Assembly (NCBI GenBank): GCA_965198115.1
Contig: OZ240241.1
Location: forward strand, 7,840,001-7,904,000
Length of the DNA: 64,000 nucleotides
Reading direction: 5' to 3'
Source: Candidatus Latescibacterota bacterium
GTDB lineage: Bacteria; Latescibacterota; UBA2968
The position numbers and the translations under genes are program-made. The notes under the pieces were generated by a model. The model did not search any database. It saw only the letters and a list, made by a program, of their open reading frames with translations, and was not told where the DNA came from. Of the stretch, positions 46,398 to 56,529 are shown one piece after another. Each line of letters opens with the position of its first letter. Position 1 is the stretch's first letter.

Positions 46398-47817
46398 GGC
46401 TATATCCGGATCTCTCAACGAGCTGAAGTGGGTGAAGGTGCCGTGGTTCCTGGCATGGGGGCGCGGTTAGCGTGTGCGGAACCTCTTCGGAATCTGCTCA
46501 GGGATGTTTATGTCTCCGACGGTAAGGAAGATCATATCGTTGAATGCGTCGAGTGTGCGGAATCCGCTGGCTCGGTTCTTGACGATTTGGACGATTCGGT
46601 TGAGGCCTTCGGCGATGGCGTTGGTAAGACGCGTGTTCACGAATGCGAGGACGCCGAAGAAGTGCTGTCGCAGGGTCCTGACGAACTTTCGCAGGGGTTC
46701 AAGTCGACTTCTGAGTGCGGACGTCGTCCAGCATTTCAGGAAGCGTTCGGCAGCCCAGGGCGCTTTGTATTCCCAGAACTGCTCGAACTCGTCCTTGAGT
46801 CTCCAGGCTCTATAGATTCGGTAGTTCGCCTTCTCCAGTGCTTTGAGTGTCCGAGTATCCCCTCTGGAGCGTGTCGCTGAGTGCCGGTAGAGGAGCCATC
46901 GGAGGCCCTTCATGGCTTTGCGCTCATCCGGGGCAGCTTTACGCCACTGGTCCTTACGGACCTCGTCAACGGCGGCATTGAGAGCCTTGACGATGTGAAA
47001 GCGATCGAGGACCAGCTTGGCATTCGGACAGTGTTCCTGGATGGCTCCGATGTAAGCTTCGCTCATGTCGCAGCAGGCCCACTCGATCTTGGATCTCTGG
47101 TAGGGACTGAGAGCCTCTGTGAAGAACCGATCGATCGTTTTACGCGCCCTGCCGCGGCCAACCCACACCACGCAGGAGCGGTCCAGATCGTAAACGAGCG
47201 TGGCGTACCTGTGACGCTTGGCGTAGGAGATCTCGTCGATCCCGATGGTTTTGAGCCCTCGGATACGATGACCTTCACGAAGCCGCGTGATGGATCGGTG
47301 AAGGAGATCCGACAGCGTCGAGGCAGAGATGCGCAGTAACTCGGACGCCGCCTTCTGCGTCATGGTCTGGCAGTAGCGCAGCATGGCATACTCGAAGCGA
47401 TACGTCACCCGAGAGAACCGCTCCGCCCACGGAATCTCCTCGACCACACGACCGTGGGTAGGACACCGAATCTCCCGAGGATGGTAGAGAAGCCAGACCC
47501 TCCACCCGCACACCGGAATGTCACGCCACCGACGCGGATGGGGCATTGTGCGGACGATTTTACCTCGACGGCCGCACTCCGGACAACAACAACCATTCTT
47601 ATGTGGCTTTACGGCGATGACGAAGCAGCTTCTCCCCTCAAACCACCAGCTGACAACACGGAACCCCTTGAATCTCAGCAGTTTCGATAGTAATCTGCTC
47701 CCGGTCATAGGTCGCACCCCCTTCGCTTTGATTGTCCTACACACACAACCAAGCGTAGGGAACGATCTATGACCTTGTCATTCTATAGTTTCACCGTTGA
47801 GAAACCCGGATAGAGCC
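46398..47817 (-). mobile_element. ISL3-family element, copy B (1420 bp)
   Basis: Same IRs; A-rich flanks ataaaaaaaaag / ataaaaaag (imperfect TSD). Confidence 0.95.
46467..47744 (-). CDS. ISL3 transposase
   Basis: Intact 425-aa ORF (ATG 47708 is the likely start) with zinc finger and DDE motifs. Confidence 0.95.
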   Translation of the reverse strand: MCRTIKAKGVRPMTGSRLLSKLLRFKGFRVVSWWFEGRSCFVIAVKPHKNGCCCPECGRRGKIVRTMPHPRRWRDIPVCGWRVWLLYHPREIRCPTHGRVVEEIPWAERFSRVTYRFEYAMLRYCQTMTQKAASELLRISASTLSDLLHRSITRLREGHRIRGLKTIGIDEISYAKRHRYATLVYDLDRSCVVWVGRGRARKTIDRFFTEALSPYQRSKIEWACCDMSEAYIGAIQEHCPNAKLVLDRFHIVKALNAAVDEVRKDQWRKAAPDERKAMKGLRWLLYRHSATRSRGDTRTLKALEKANYRIYRAWRLKDEFEQFWEYKAPWAAERFLKCWTTSALRSRLEPLRKFVRTLRQHFFGVLAFVNTRLTNAIAEGLNRIVQIVKNRASGFRTLDAFNDMIFLTVGDINIPEQIPKRFRTR

Positions 47818-47903
47818 ATAAAAAAGGTAGTCTCCTTGTACAAGTGTTTGTTTTTACCTACATTAGGGCTGACACATCAAAACAACACTTGGAAGGAACT
47901 ACC

Positions 47904-49241
47904 GTGATAGAACCTAGTCAGATCCGGTTACCATTCGCAAGCATTTCGGGCAAGGTAGTTGAGGCTGATTTTGCCGGTGGCGCCGTCAGGAGTGACGGTG
48001 GAGTTCTGTTGCTTCGCGCCCTTGAGTCTCAGATGGGATTGATCGCCAGAATGGTAGATGCTTTGCGAGATCGTCGTCACCCAAGCTATATCGATCACAC
48101 GCTTTTGGATCTTGTGAAGCAGCGTGTTTTTCAGATCGCTTGCGGCTATGAAGATGCCGTCGATTGTGATGATTTGCGCCACGATCCGGGCGTCAAGGCT
48201 GCCTGCGATCGGCTTCCTCTTTCCGGTCCTGATCTCGGGAGCCAATCAACGATGACACGACTTGAGAATGATGTGCGACGCTCGGATTTGTATCGGCTCG
48301 CACGGGCTTTTGTAGACGGGTTCATCGCATCGTATGACCAGGCACCCCCAAGCATCATTCTCGATATCGACGACACGGATGACCCAACGCACGGTGCGCA
48401 ACAATTTTCACTCTTCAACGCGTATTACAATGAACACTGCTATATGCCGCTACATATCTATGAAGGCCAAAGCGGCAAGCTCATTACGACGATCTTGAGA
48501 CCCGGGCATCCGACGAACGGTAAACAGGTCGTTTCTATTCTCAAGCGCTTGGTGGAACACCTACGCGGATCTTGGCCAAACGTGGAGATCATCGTTCGCG
48601 CAGACTCAAAGTTCAGCTCACCAGAGATGCACGATTTCTGCGAAGACAACGGTATCTACTACGTTCTGGGCCAGGGCGCCAACTCCAAGCTCAAAGCGGC
48701 TGGACAAAACCTGATGGACCAAGCGCTACGTCTGAGCGAGCATAAGGAGACGATTCGCTTGTTCTCATCCTTCTCATATCAGGCTGGCACCTGGCGGCAG
48801 CCTCGCCGGATCATTCGCAAGGCTGAAGTCACAAACGGCGAAGCAAATCCAAGATACCGCGTGACCAATTTACAGAGTAATCGAGACGGCTTTATCTATG
48901 ATCGTATCTACTGCGCAAGGGGACGCACGGAAGGCTTCATCAAGGACCACAAAACATTCCTTCACTCCGATCGAACATCGTGCCACAAGTTTGAAGCCAA
49001 CCAGTTCCGACTCTTTCTACACAGTGCTGCATACGCCTTGCTTCACGCACTCCGATCACAGGGACTCAAGGGCACCGCGTGGACCAAACCTCAGGTCAAC
49101 ACGATACAGAACCGTTTCCTCAAAATCGGCGCGAGAGTCATTGAAAGCGCACGAAGAATCCGATTCCATTTTCCAACATCGTATCCACTCAAAAACGTCT
49201 TGGTGTCAATCATCACCAGGCTCGAAACGAACACGCAGTAA
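47904..49241 (+). CDS. IS1380-family transposase
   Basis: SDGGVLLL, QRVFQIACGYED, LDIDDTDDPTHGAQ, VRADS, YCARGRTEGFIKDHK, ANQFRL; GTG 47904 after GAAGGA. Confidence 0.95.
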   Translation: MIEPSQIRLPFASISGKVVEADFAGGAVRSDGGVLLLRALESQMGLIARMVDALRDRRHPSYIDHTLLDLVKQRVFQIACGYEDAVDCDDLRHDPGVKAACDRLPLSGPDLGSQSTMTRLENDVRRSDLYRLARAFVDGFIASYDQAPPSIILDIDDTDDPTHGAQQFSLFNAYYNEHCYMPLHIYEGQSGKLITTILRPGHPTNGKQVVSILKRLVEHLRGSWPNVEIIVRADSKFSSPEMHDFCEDNGIYYVLGQGANSKLKAAGQNLMDQALRLSEHKETIRLFSSFSYQAGTWRQPRRIIRKAEVTNGEANPRYRVTNLQSNRDGFIYDRIYCARGRTEGFIKDHKTFLHSDRTSCHKFEANQFRLFLHSAAYALLHALRSQGLKGTAWTKPQVNTIQNRFLKIGARVIESARRIRFHFPTSYPLKNVLVSIITRLETNTQ

Positions 49242-49614
49242 CAACGCCGATCTATACCGGGGACAGCTATGTACACGTCGCAAAACAACACCTGTTCCGG
49301 ACGAAAATCGTGACTCTTGCGACTCGTAGAGACCGCTTACGGGACCTTGGACATCCGAAGAAGCCGAGAACAAATCCTGTGCGTGATCACATCACTCCAA
49401 AACAACCTAAACTCAAATTCATGCATGATTCAGGCTAAAAAGCCCCGTCAAACCGCAACAGGGCCTTCTTTGTCGGAATTCTTAATCCGAAGGGACGAAA
49501 TCGTCTTTTCCGACCTCTGCCCTCTCCCACGCCCCTGCAGATCTCAGTGATCTCAGTGCCTGTCCTGAGTAGGCTGCGAAGCAGCCATACCGAAGGGGCC
49601 GCCTTGTATTTCAT

Positions 49615-50432
49615 TCAGAACAGATTCAGGAACCGATCCACCGCCTCCCCCAACGCAATGTCCTCTTCTGCAAGCCACGTGTTGTAATACCTCAGGAACG
49701 GCATAATCTAGTTCGTCCCCGTCGCCACCGCTCTCACGTGAAGTCGGCCCATCGGCCCGACGACCTTCAGATAATCCGTCTCGTAAAACCGTCTCAGCAC
49801 GGCCTCCACATCATACTCCACCTCTTGATGTCGGACATCCCACCCGTCTGATCGCTGATCGAGGATCAGGTATTGCGCGGCAGGATTGTAATCCCGGGCA
49901 AACCGACGGATCCACAGTTGACGATCGCCCGGTCCTTCCACAGCCGAACTTGCGGGTTGTGTTGATGCCCTCGGATCAGATAGCGCTCATCGATCCCGGC
50001 GAATATCTCCTCCAACTCCTCCTCGGGCGTGTAGGCCTTCATACTCCCATACTCGCTCCGAGGGGTCGCGTGAAAGAACAGGATATCATCCGTGTCCGGG
50101 GGACGATACGTCAACGGAAGATCCCCGAGTATCCGTCGCTCCTCCGGTGAGAATTCCCCAGCCCCCCACTGAATCGGCCCGAACTGCTCCGATTCCCAAC
50201 GCGGGTCCGCATCCTCCGTTCCGAACCTCGCCAGATAGCTCTCGCCGTTCCCACGCAGAACGGGACAACCGAGATCGCGCACGATCTTCCAGCAGGCAGC
50301 CGAATCCGGCGAGCCGATCACGACATCACCGACGATGACGATCAGATCGACATTCTGCTTTTCCACGTGATCGAGCACGGCTTCCAACGCCGGAAGATTT
50401 CCGTGGATGTCGGACAAGGCAGCAATCCGCAT
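49615..50432 (-). pseudogene. metallophosphoesterase (YfcE-like), frameshift near 49895 and in-frame TAG at 49708
   Basis: SDIHGNLPALEAVL, GD, RGN, GHQH, NCGSVGLP. The tail continues IMPFLRYY..FLNLF* to 49615. Confidence 0.85.
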
Positions 50433-50625
50433 ACGGTTTCCTTTGAGGGTGATCGGACTGGCACGAGCGGTTGAGGCAGTGAATTCCTAAATATAGGCCA
50501 GCGTCCCTGACCGATCAGCATCGCTGACATTTCTCTGTAGACGCACAACGGCACACCCCGTTTCTTAGCCGACGGATGGATGTCAAGCAACAGCGTCTAC
50601 GCGATCCTGACAGGAAGGATACATC

Positions 50626-53352
50626 GTGGGGGAGTGGGTCACTCGAGGGTTCGATGCCTTTTCCAGAGGCGTTTTCGGCAACGCCGGACAGAATTTGTAT
50701 GTATCGAGTGCCGGTGTGCTACAGAGGATCTTCCATTTCGATCTGAATTGCGACGGCTATGCCGACCTCGTGTTCTGCGACAGCCAGAACGATTGGGAGA
50801 AACCGCCGACTTCGGTCTATGAAGATCCGCTGGATTCTCGGCGCCTTGTCGAGCTCCCCGCTGAAGGAGGTTGGAGCGGTGTCGTCATCGATCTGACGGG
50901 CGACGGGTTCGACGACCTCGTGGTCGGCAACCATTACAACGGCATCCGGCGCGATCTGAGCTCGAGCGTGTATTTCGGATCGCCTGACGGCTGGTGCGAG
51001 CGCTACACGCAGCGACTACCCGCCCCGTTCACCACGTCTGTGGCGGCCGGCGACTTCAACGGCGACGGGAGGCTCGATCTCGCCTTCCTCTGTTGTCCAG
51101 ATCCCAGAGCGACAAACGACACGGCCGTACGGGTCTTCGCGCAGACGGAATTGGGCTTTGAAGCCAAGCAGCGAGAGGACTTATCGCTTCCAACATCGTC
51201 CAGCAGCCCCGAACAGCTGCTGTCGGCCGACCTGGATCGTGACGGCTTTCACGATCTCGTCGTGCGCGGGGCCGACGCATCGGTGCGCGTCTATTGGGGT
51301 GGGGAGAACGGTCTGAGCCCTGAACGGTTCATCGACGTCAAAGAAGCCAGCGATGTGCCTACCGTGAGACCGGATTTCGCGCACGCACGCGAACACGGAT
51401 ACGCCGAGTTTGTCGCCGACGCCGCACCCTTACCAGCGACGGTCCAGGACGAGGCAGGAGATGTGTGTCTCTTTCTCCCGTCGCGAGACGCCGCCTACCT
51501 CGTGCCGGTCCAACCCGGTCGTGCATTCGGCGTTCCTCAGACGCTGCCCTGCGTGAACCCGATGGCGGCTGCGACAGGCGATCCGGATGGTAGCGGCCGC
51601 ACATCGCTCGTCGTCGCGTGCAGGGATCCACACCGCGACGCCGAACGTTCCTGGGTGTTCCAACCCGATAACGAAGGGGGTTGGACGACTGACGGAGCAG
51701 TCTCTCTGCCCACGCACGGAGCTTGCGACGTCGTCGCGACCGACCTCGACGGCGATGGTCGCACGGAGATCGCCATTTGCCAGAGCCACACTGAGAACAG
51801 CTACACCACAGACTCAGTTGTGTTCAAAGAAGCTCGCAACCCGTTCCCATTCGAGACCCACGACGCACGTCGCGTGCTCGTAGGCCGGCCACGCGGAGCG
51901 GAGGGTCCTCCCGCACTCGCCTTCATCAACCACTTCGCAGGCCCCCTGCCGGGAAGCCGAGAGGTCGGCATCTACTGGGGTGGCGCGGACGGCTTCGACG
52001 CTGAGCGCAGGTCATCCGCGCCGTCCTGGGGCGCCGTCGAGTCGCTCGGAGTCGATGTCAACGACGACGGATGGCCCGACCTCGTGCTCGCCAACTGTTC
52101 GGAGAACTCGATCTGGATCGACCCTGGATCCTATGTCCTGCACGGAGGATTGGACGGGCTCGCAACAGAGCCGAGTCAGATCCTGCCCACGACACGCGCC
52201 CACGGCGTCGCCTGCGCCGACCTGGATCGGGATGGCTGGCTCGACCTGGTATTCTGCGGCTTTGCCAACTCCGAGTTGCTTCTACTCCGCGGCGGACCCG
52301 ACGGCTTCGACATCGAGCACCCGGAACGGATACAGCTCGTCTTTGAAGGCGACACCTGGAGCGAGCCACGATGGATCTACCTCGCGGACCTGAACCGCGA
52401 CGGCTGGCTCGATCTCGTGGTCCCGAACATCACGGGCGAACGCAGCGCGATCCTTTGGGGAAGTCCGGACGGATTCGACATCGAGCGTCGACAATTGCTC
52501 TCTGTCCGGCACGCCGCCTGCGCTCGGGCGGCAGACCTGAACGGCAACGGCTGGCTCGACCTCATCGTCGGCGGTCACGAGCCATCCGTGCTCGAACCAC
52601 ACGACAGCTTCGTCTACATCTATTGGAATGGTCCGGACGGATTGTCGGAAAGTCGTCGCACACTGCTGCCGGCCAGCGCGGTCAACGCCATCTCCGTCGC
52701 CGACTTCGACAACGACGGTCAACTTGACGTGTTCGCCTGTTCCTACCACGCCGGCCTCGAGCGTGACGTCGATTCCTTCCTCTACTGGAACAGAAGAGGG
52801 CGTGGCTTCAGCGAAACTGACCGCCAGCGGCTGTTCACGCACTCCGCGTCGGGTTGCGTCGCGGCCGACTTCGATGGAGACGGACGCGTGGACCTTGCGA
52901 TCGCTTACCACAAAGTTGAAGGCAGTCACGTCGGTCACTCGGCAGTGTGGTGGAACGGCGAAGACGGCTTCGATCCGCATCGCGTGACACGACTTCCGAC
53001 GAGCGGACCTCACGGGATGACCGCCATCGAACCAGGCAATCAGTTGGATCGTGGACCTGAGGAATACTATGAGTCCGAGCCCTACGAGCTTCCTAGGCCC
53101 GCCCGCACCATCGAGTGGGAAGCAGAGGTGCCGTCGACGTGTTGGGTACGGGCCCAGGTTCGTATGGCTCCCACGCGCGAGCGGCTGGGCGAAACCACGT
53201 GGTCCGGGCCAACAGGCGACACCAGCTGGTTCGAAAATAAGGATCGGCTTCCCAACCGGGCGGGACGGTGGATCCAATACCGCCTCGCACTCGGTGCCCG
53301 AAACGGATGCGGCTCCCCGCGGGTCACCCAGGTCCGCGTCATCTACGACTGA
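50626..53352 (+). CDS. FG-GAP/VCBS repeat protein
   Basis: About 11 D(L/F)(N/D)xDGxxDL repeats with YWG/LWG strands; C-terminal WIQYRLAL..SPRV domain. Confidence 0.92.
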   Translation: MGEWVTRGFDAFSRGVFGNAGQNLYVSSAGVLQRIFHFDLNCDGYADLVFCDSQNDWEKPPTSVYEDPLDSRRLVELPAEGGWSGVVIDLTGDGFDDLVVGNHYNGIRRDLSSSVYFGSPDGWCERYTQRLPAPFTTSVAAGDFNGDGRLDLAFLCCPDPRATNDTAVRVFAQTELGFEAKQREDLSLPTSSSSPEQLLSADLDRDGFHDLVVRGADASVRVYWGGENGLSPERFIDVKEASDVPTVRPDFAHAREHGYAEFVADAAPLPATVQDEAGDVCLFLPSRDAAYLVPVQPGRAFGVPQTLPCVNPMAAATGDPDGSGRTSLVVACRDPHRDAERSWVFQPDNEGGWTTDGAVSLPTHGACDVVATDLDGDGRTEIAICQSHTENSYTTDSVVFKEARNPFPFETHDARRVLVGRPRGAEGPPALAFINHFAGPLPGSREVGIYWGGADGFDAERRSSAPSWGAVESLGVDVNDDGWPDLVLANCSENSIWIDPGSYVLHGGLDGLATEPSQILPTTRAHGVACADLDRDGWLDLVFCGFANSELLLLRGGPDGFDIEHPERIQLVFEGDTWSEPRWIYLADLNRDGWLDLVVPNITGERSAILWGSPDGFDIERRQLLSVRHAACARAADLNGNGWLDLIVGGHEPSVLEPHDSFVYIYWNGPDGLSESRRTLLPASAVNAISVADFDNDGQLDVFACSYHAGLERDVDSFLYWNRRGRGFSETDRQRLFTHSASGCVAADFDGDGRVDLAIAYHKVEGSHVGHSAVWWNGEDGFDPHRVTRLPTSGPHGMTAIEPGNQLDRGPEEYYESEPYELPRPARTIEWEAEVPSTCWVRAQVRMAPTRERLGETTWSGPTGDTSWFENKDRLPNRAGRWIQYRLALGARNGCGSPRVTQVRVIYD

Positions 53353-53543
53353 GTAACAGCACCTTCAGTAATGTTTCTCTGTGGTTCCTCGTCCCCCCGC
53401 TGAACCATCCACAGCTACGCTTCTCGATAAAGCGGATCTCCGAAGCCACAGGGGCGAAGCCGTCTGTTCTGTCCTCTGTCCTCTGTATCCGTCTTCTAAC
53501 CGTCCACCCTCAGCGATCTCAGCGGCTTCCGTTCAAGTTACCT

Positions 53544-54770
53544 CTAAAGCGCCCGTAGCAGCTCCATCGCCGCCTCGTTCACCCATCGACGACCGTGAAA
53601 CCGCTTCCCATACTCGAGCGGAGTGACGTCGTGGTACTCGTGCACCTTCTCATCCTCTGTGAAGTCGAGCGCCTTTCGGATCGAGGCCCTCGCGTTTGGA
53701 TCGGAACCCCTATCGAGCAGCGTCCGCGCCATCGACGCATCCTTCTGTCGACCACAGGTATACGCCTGTGACACAACAGCGCTGAACAGCGGCGGATGTC
53801 CGCCAAAACCATCATCGTCCACTTCCGCCCGTGCGCTCGGATCTGCACCTCGGTCGAGCAGCCAATCGAAGATCTCCTGCTCGTCGAAGTCCACGGCCAT
53901 ATGCAACAGCGTCCCACCGTCCAACGGCGTTCCGTGCAAACCCGTGCGGCCTTCGTTGGAATAGGGGTAAATGTCTTCGTAGGAGAAGTGCCGTGTCAGC
54001 AGATCGGGATTTCGTTCGAGGTGGTCTTCGAGCAGATCGATGCGGCCCTGGTGAAAAGCCATCGTTACCGTTTCGGGCAGCTCCGTCCCGTGTCGTGAAA
54101 GGATTTCGAGACAGCGATGTTTACCCTCCGGATTCCGGCTGTATGTCTCGAGGACCATCCGGAGCGGCTCGGTCGCGTTGCCCTCCCGATCGACCGGTGG
54201 CGCGCCCAGTTCGTCGACGAGGAAAGCGAGTCCGTCTCCACTCACCGTTTCGCACGGCAGCATCACCATCCCCGGTTCAGGCGCTCCACCCATCTCGGTC
54301 AGACGACGCGCAACATCGATCTTGCCCTGCAACACGGCTCGACTGAACGCGAACTGCACATCCTCTGCTCCGAGTTCCATCAGTAGGTCGATCACAGGTT
54401 GCTTGCCGAGGTTGGCGGCGAAAGACATCGGGGGTCCCCAGGAGGAATCCTCACCCCGAACCTGTTCCACCATCAGCTCCGGATGCTCCGTCACGAGCCG
54501 TCGGATGTCATCCAGCGCATCGTTGGAAATGGCGTGTGATAGTTCCGCACCCAGCCTCATACGCGGCCAACTCGGAAAATCATAGGTTCGTGCGAGGACC
54601 AGCTGCGCATCCGTCAGCTTGGCTTCAGTTCGCGGGACACCACGAGGATGGAATGCCTCGAACTCTTCCACAGCATCGGATTCGCCGGAGACATAGCTAT
54701 CCAGCAGATCCTTTGCCTGATTCTTGAGCTGTTCGAGATTGGGGTCGAGAGGAAGGCGGCGCTTGGCCAT
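53544..54770 (-). CDS. ankyrin-repeat protein with an N-terminal helical domain
   Basis: TLLHMAV..LLDRGADP and LLDRGSDPN; N-terminus LPLDPNLEQLKNQAKDLL..AQLVLARTYDFPSW; RBS AAGGAG before ATG 54770. Confidence 0.9.
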   Translation of the reverse strand: MAKRRLPLDPNLEQLKNQAKDLLDSYVSGESDAVEEFEAFHPRGVPRTEAKLTDAQLVLARTYDFPSWPRMRLGAELSHAISNDALDDIRRLVTEHPELMVEQVRGEDSSWGPPMSFAANLGKQPVIDLLMELGAEDVQFAFSRAVLQGKIDVARRLTEMGGAPEPGMVMLPCETVSGDGLAFLVDELGAPPVDREGNATEPLRMVLETYSRNPEGKHRCLEILSRHGTELPETVTMAFHQGRIDLLEDHLERNPDLLTRHFSYEDIYPYSNEGRTGLHGTPLDGGTLLHMAVDFDEQEIFDWLLDRGADPSARAEVDDDGFGGHPPLFSAVVSQAYTCGRQKDASMARTLLDRGSDPNARASIRKALDFTEDEKVHEYHDVTPLEYGKRFHGRRWVNEAAMELLRAL

Positions 54771-54787
54771 AGCCATCTCCTTTTGTA

Positions 54788-54895
54788 GAAACACCCGGTA
54801 TCCGCACCACGGGCAAGTGAAAGGAGACGTCTATCGCTCTCTGATAAGAAGGCTGGTCAGGTGGGCTCGGCCCTTTCCGCGGATTGGATGCTCCC
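54788..54895 (-). ncRNA. putative structured 5' leader RNA
   Basis: Nested pairings GAGCAUCC/GGGUGUUU, AUCCGCG/UGCGGAU and GGGC/GCCC enclose two internal hairpins and end just before the RBS. Predicted by eye only. Confidence 0.55.
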
Positions 54896-55105
54896 TGCGA
54901 GCACATCATTAGCCTGAATCATGCATGAATTTGAGTTTAGGTTGTTTTGGAGTGATGTGATCACGCACAGGATTTGTTCTCGGCTTCTTCGGATGTCCAA
55001 GGTCCCGTAAGCGGTCTCTACGAGTCGCAAGAGTCACGATTTTCGTCCGGAACAGGTGTTGTTTTGCGACGTGTACATAGCTGTCCCCGGTATAGATCGG
55101 CGTTG

Positions 55106-56443
55106 TTACTGCGTGTTCGTTTCGAGCCTGGTGATGATTGACACCAAGACGTTTTTGAGTGGATACGATGTTGGAAAATGGAATCGGATTCTTCGTGCGC
55201 TTTCAATGACTCTCGCGCCGATTTTGAGGAAACGGTTCTGTATCGTGTTGACCTGAGGTTTGGTCCACGCGGTGCCCTTGAGTCCCTGTGATCGGAGTGC
55301 GTGAAGCAAGGCGTATGCAGCACTGTGTAGAAAGAGTCGGAACTGGTTGGCTTCAAACTTGTGGCACGATGTTCGATCGGAGTGAAGGAATGTTTTGTGG
55401 TCCTTGATGAAGCCTTCCGTGCGTCCCCTTGCGCAGTAGATACGATCATAGATAAAGCCGTCTCGATTACTCTGTAAATTGGTCACGCGGTATCTTGGAT
55501 TTGCTTCGCCGTTTGTGACTTCAGCCTTGTGAATGATCCGGCGAGGCTGCCGGTAGGTGCCAGCCTGATATGAGAAGGATGAGAACAAGCGAATCGTCTC
55601 CTTATGCTCGCTCAGACGTAGCGCTTGGTCCATCAGGTTTTGTCCAGCCGCTTTGAGCCTGGAGTTGGCGCCCTGGCCCAGAACGTAGTAGATACCGTTG
55701 TCTTCGCAGAAATCGTGCATCTCTGGTGAGCTGAACTTTGAGTCTGCGCGAACGATGATCTCCACGTTTGGCCAAGATCCGCGTAGGTGTTCCACCAAGC
55801 GCTTGAGAATAGAAACGACCTGTTTACCGTTCGTCGGATGCCCGGGTCTCAAGATCGTCGTAATGAGCTTGCCGCTTTGGCCTTCATAGATATGTAGCGG
55901 CATATAGCAGTGTTCATTGTAATACGCGTTGAAGAGTGAAAATTGTTGCGCACCGTGCGTTGGGTCATCCGTGTCGTCGATATCGAGAATGATGCTTGGG
56001 GGTGCCTGGTCATACGATGCGATGAACCCGTCTACAAAAGCCCGTGCGAGCCGATACAAATCCGAGCGTCGCACATCATTCTCAAGTCGTGTCATCGTTG
56101 ATTGGCTCCCGAGATCAGGACCGGAAAGAGGAAGCCGATCGCAGGCAGCCTTGACGCCCGGATCGTGGCGCAAATCATCACAATCGACGGCATCTTCATA
56201 GCCGCAAGCGATCTGAAAAACACGCTGCTTCACAAGATCCAAAAGCGTGTGATCGATATAGCTTGGGTGACGACGATCTCGCAAAGCATCTACCATTCTG
56301 GCGATCAATCCCATCTGAGACTCAAGGGCGCGAAGCAACAGAACTCCACCGTCACTCCTGACGGCGCCACCGGCAAAATCAGCCTCAACTACCTTGCCCG
56401 AAATGCTTGCGAATGGTAACCGGATCTGACTAGGTTCTATCAC
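55106..56443 (-). CDS. IS1380-family transposase
   Basis: Near-identical to copy 1 (K>R, W>Y and R>H differences). Confidence 0.95.
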   Translation of the reverse strand: MIEPSQIRLPFASISGKVVEADFAGGAVRSDGGVLLLRALESQMGLIARMVDALRDRRHPSYIDHTLLDLVKQRVFQIACGYEDAVDCDDLRHDPGVKAACDRLPLSGPDLGSQSTMTRLENDVRRSDLYRLARAFVDGFIASYDQAPPSIILDIDDTDDPTHGAQQFSLFNAYYNEHCYMPLHIYEGQSGKLITTILRPGHPTNGKQVVSILKRLVEHLRGSWPNVEIIVRADSKFSSPEMHDFCEDNGIYYVLGQGANSRLKAAGQNLMDQALRLSEHKETIRLFSSFSYQAGTYRQPRRIIHKAEVTNGEANPRYRVTNLQSNRDGFIYDRIYCARGRTEGFIKDHKTFLHSDRTSCHKFEANQFRLFLHSAAYALLHALRSQGLKGTAWTKPQVNTIQNRFLKIGARVIESARRIRFHFPTSYPLKNVLVSIITRLETNTQ

Positions 56444-56529
56444 GGTAGTTCCTTCCAAGTGTTGTTTTGATGTGTCAGCCCTAATGTAGGTAAAAACAAA
56501 CACTTGTACAAGGAGACTACCTTTTTTAT

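Larger units (their letters stand above)
46374..49434 (+). mobile_element. IS1380-family element, copy 1, with an ISL3 in its left end
   Basis: IRs cctgaattatgcat / atgcatgattcagg; flanks CTAG and CTAA. Confidence 0.93.

Noticed and set aside
49435-54912. Simple inversion between the two inverted IS1380 copies
   Set aside because: An inversion predicts flanks X..rc(Y)..rc(X)..Y. The observed CTAG..CTAA..TTAG..CTAG does not fit.
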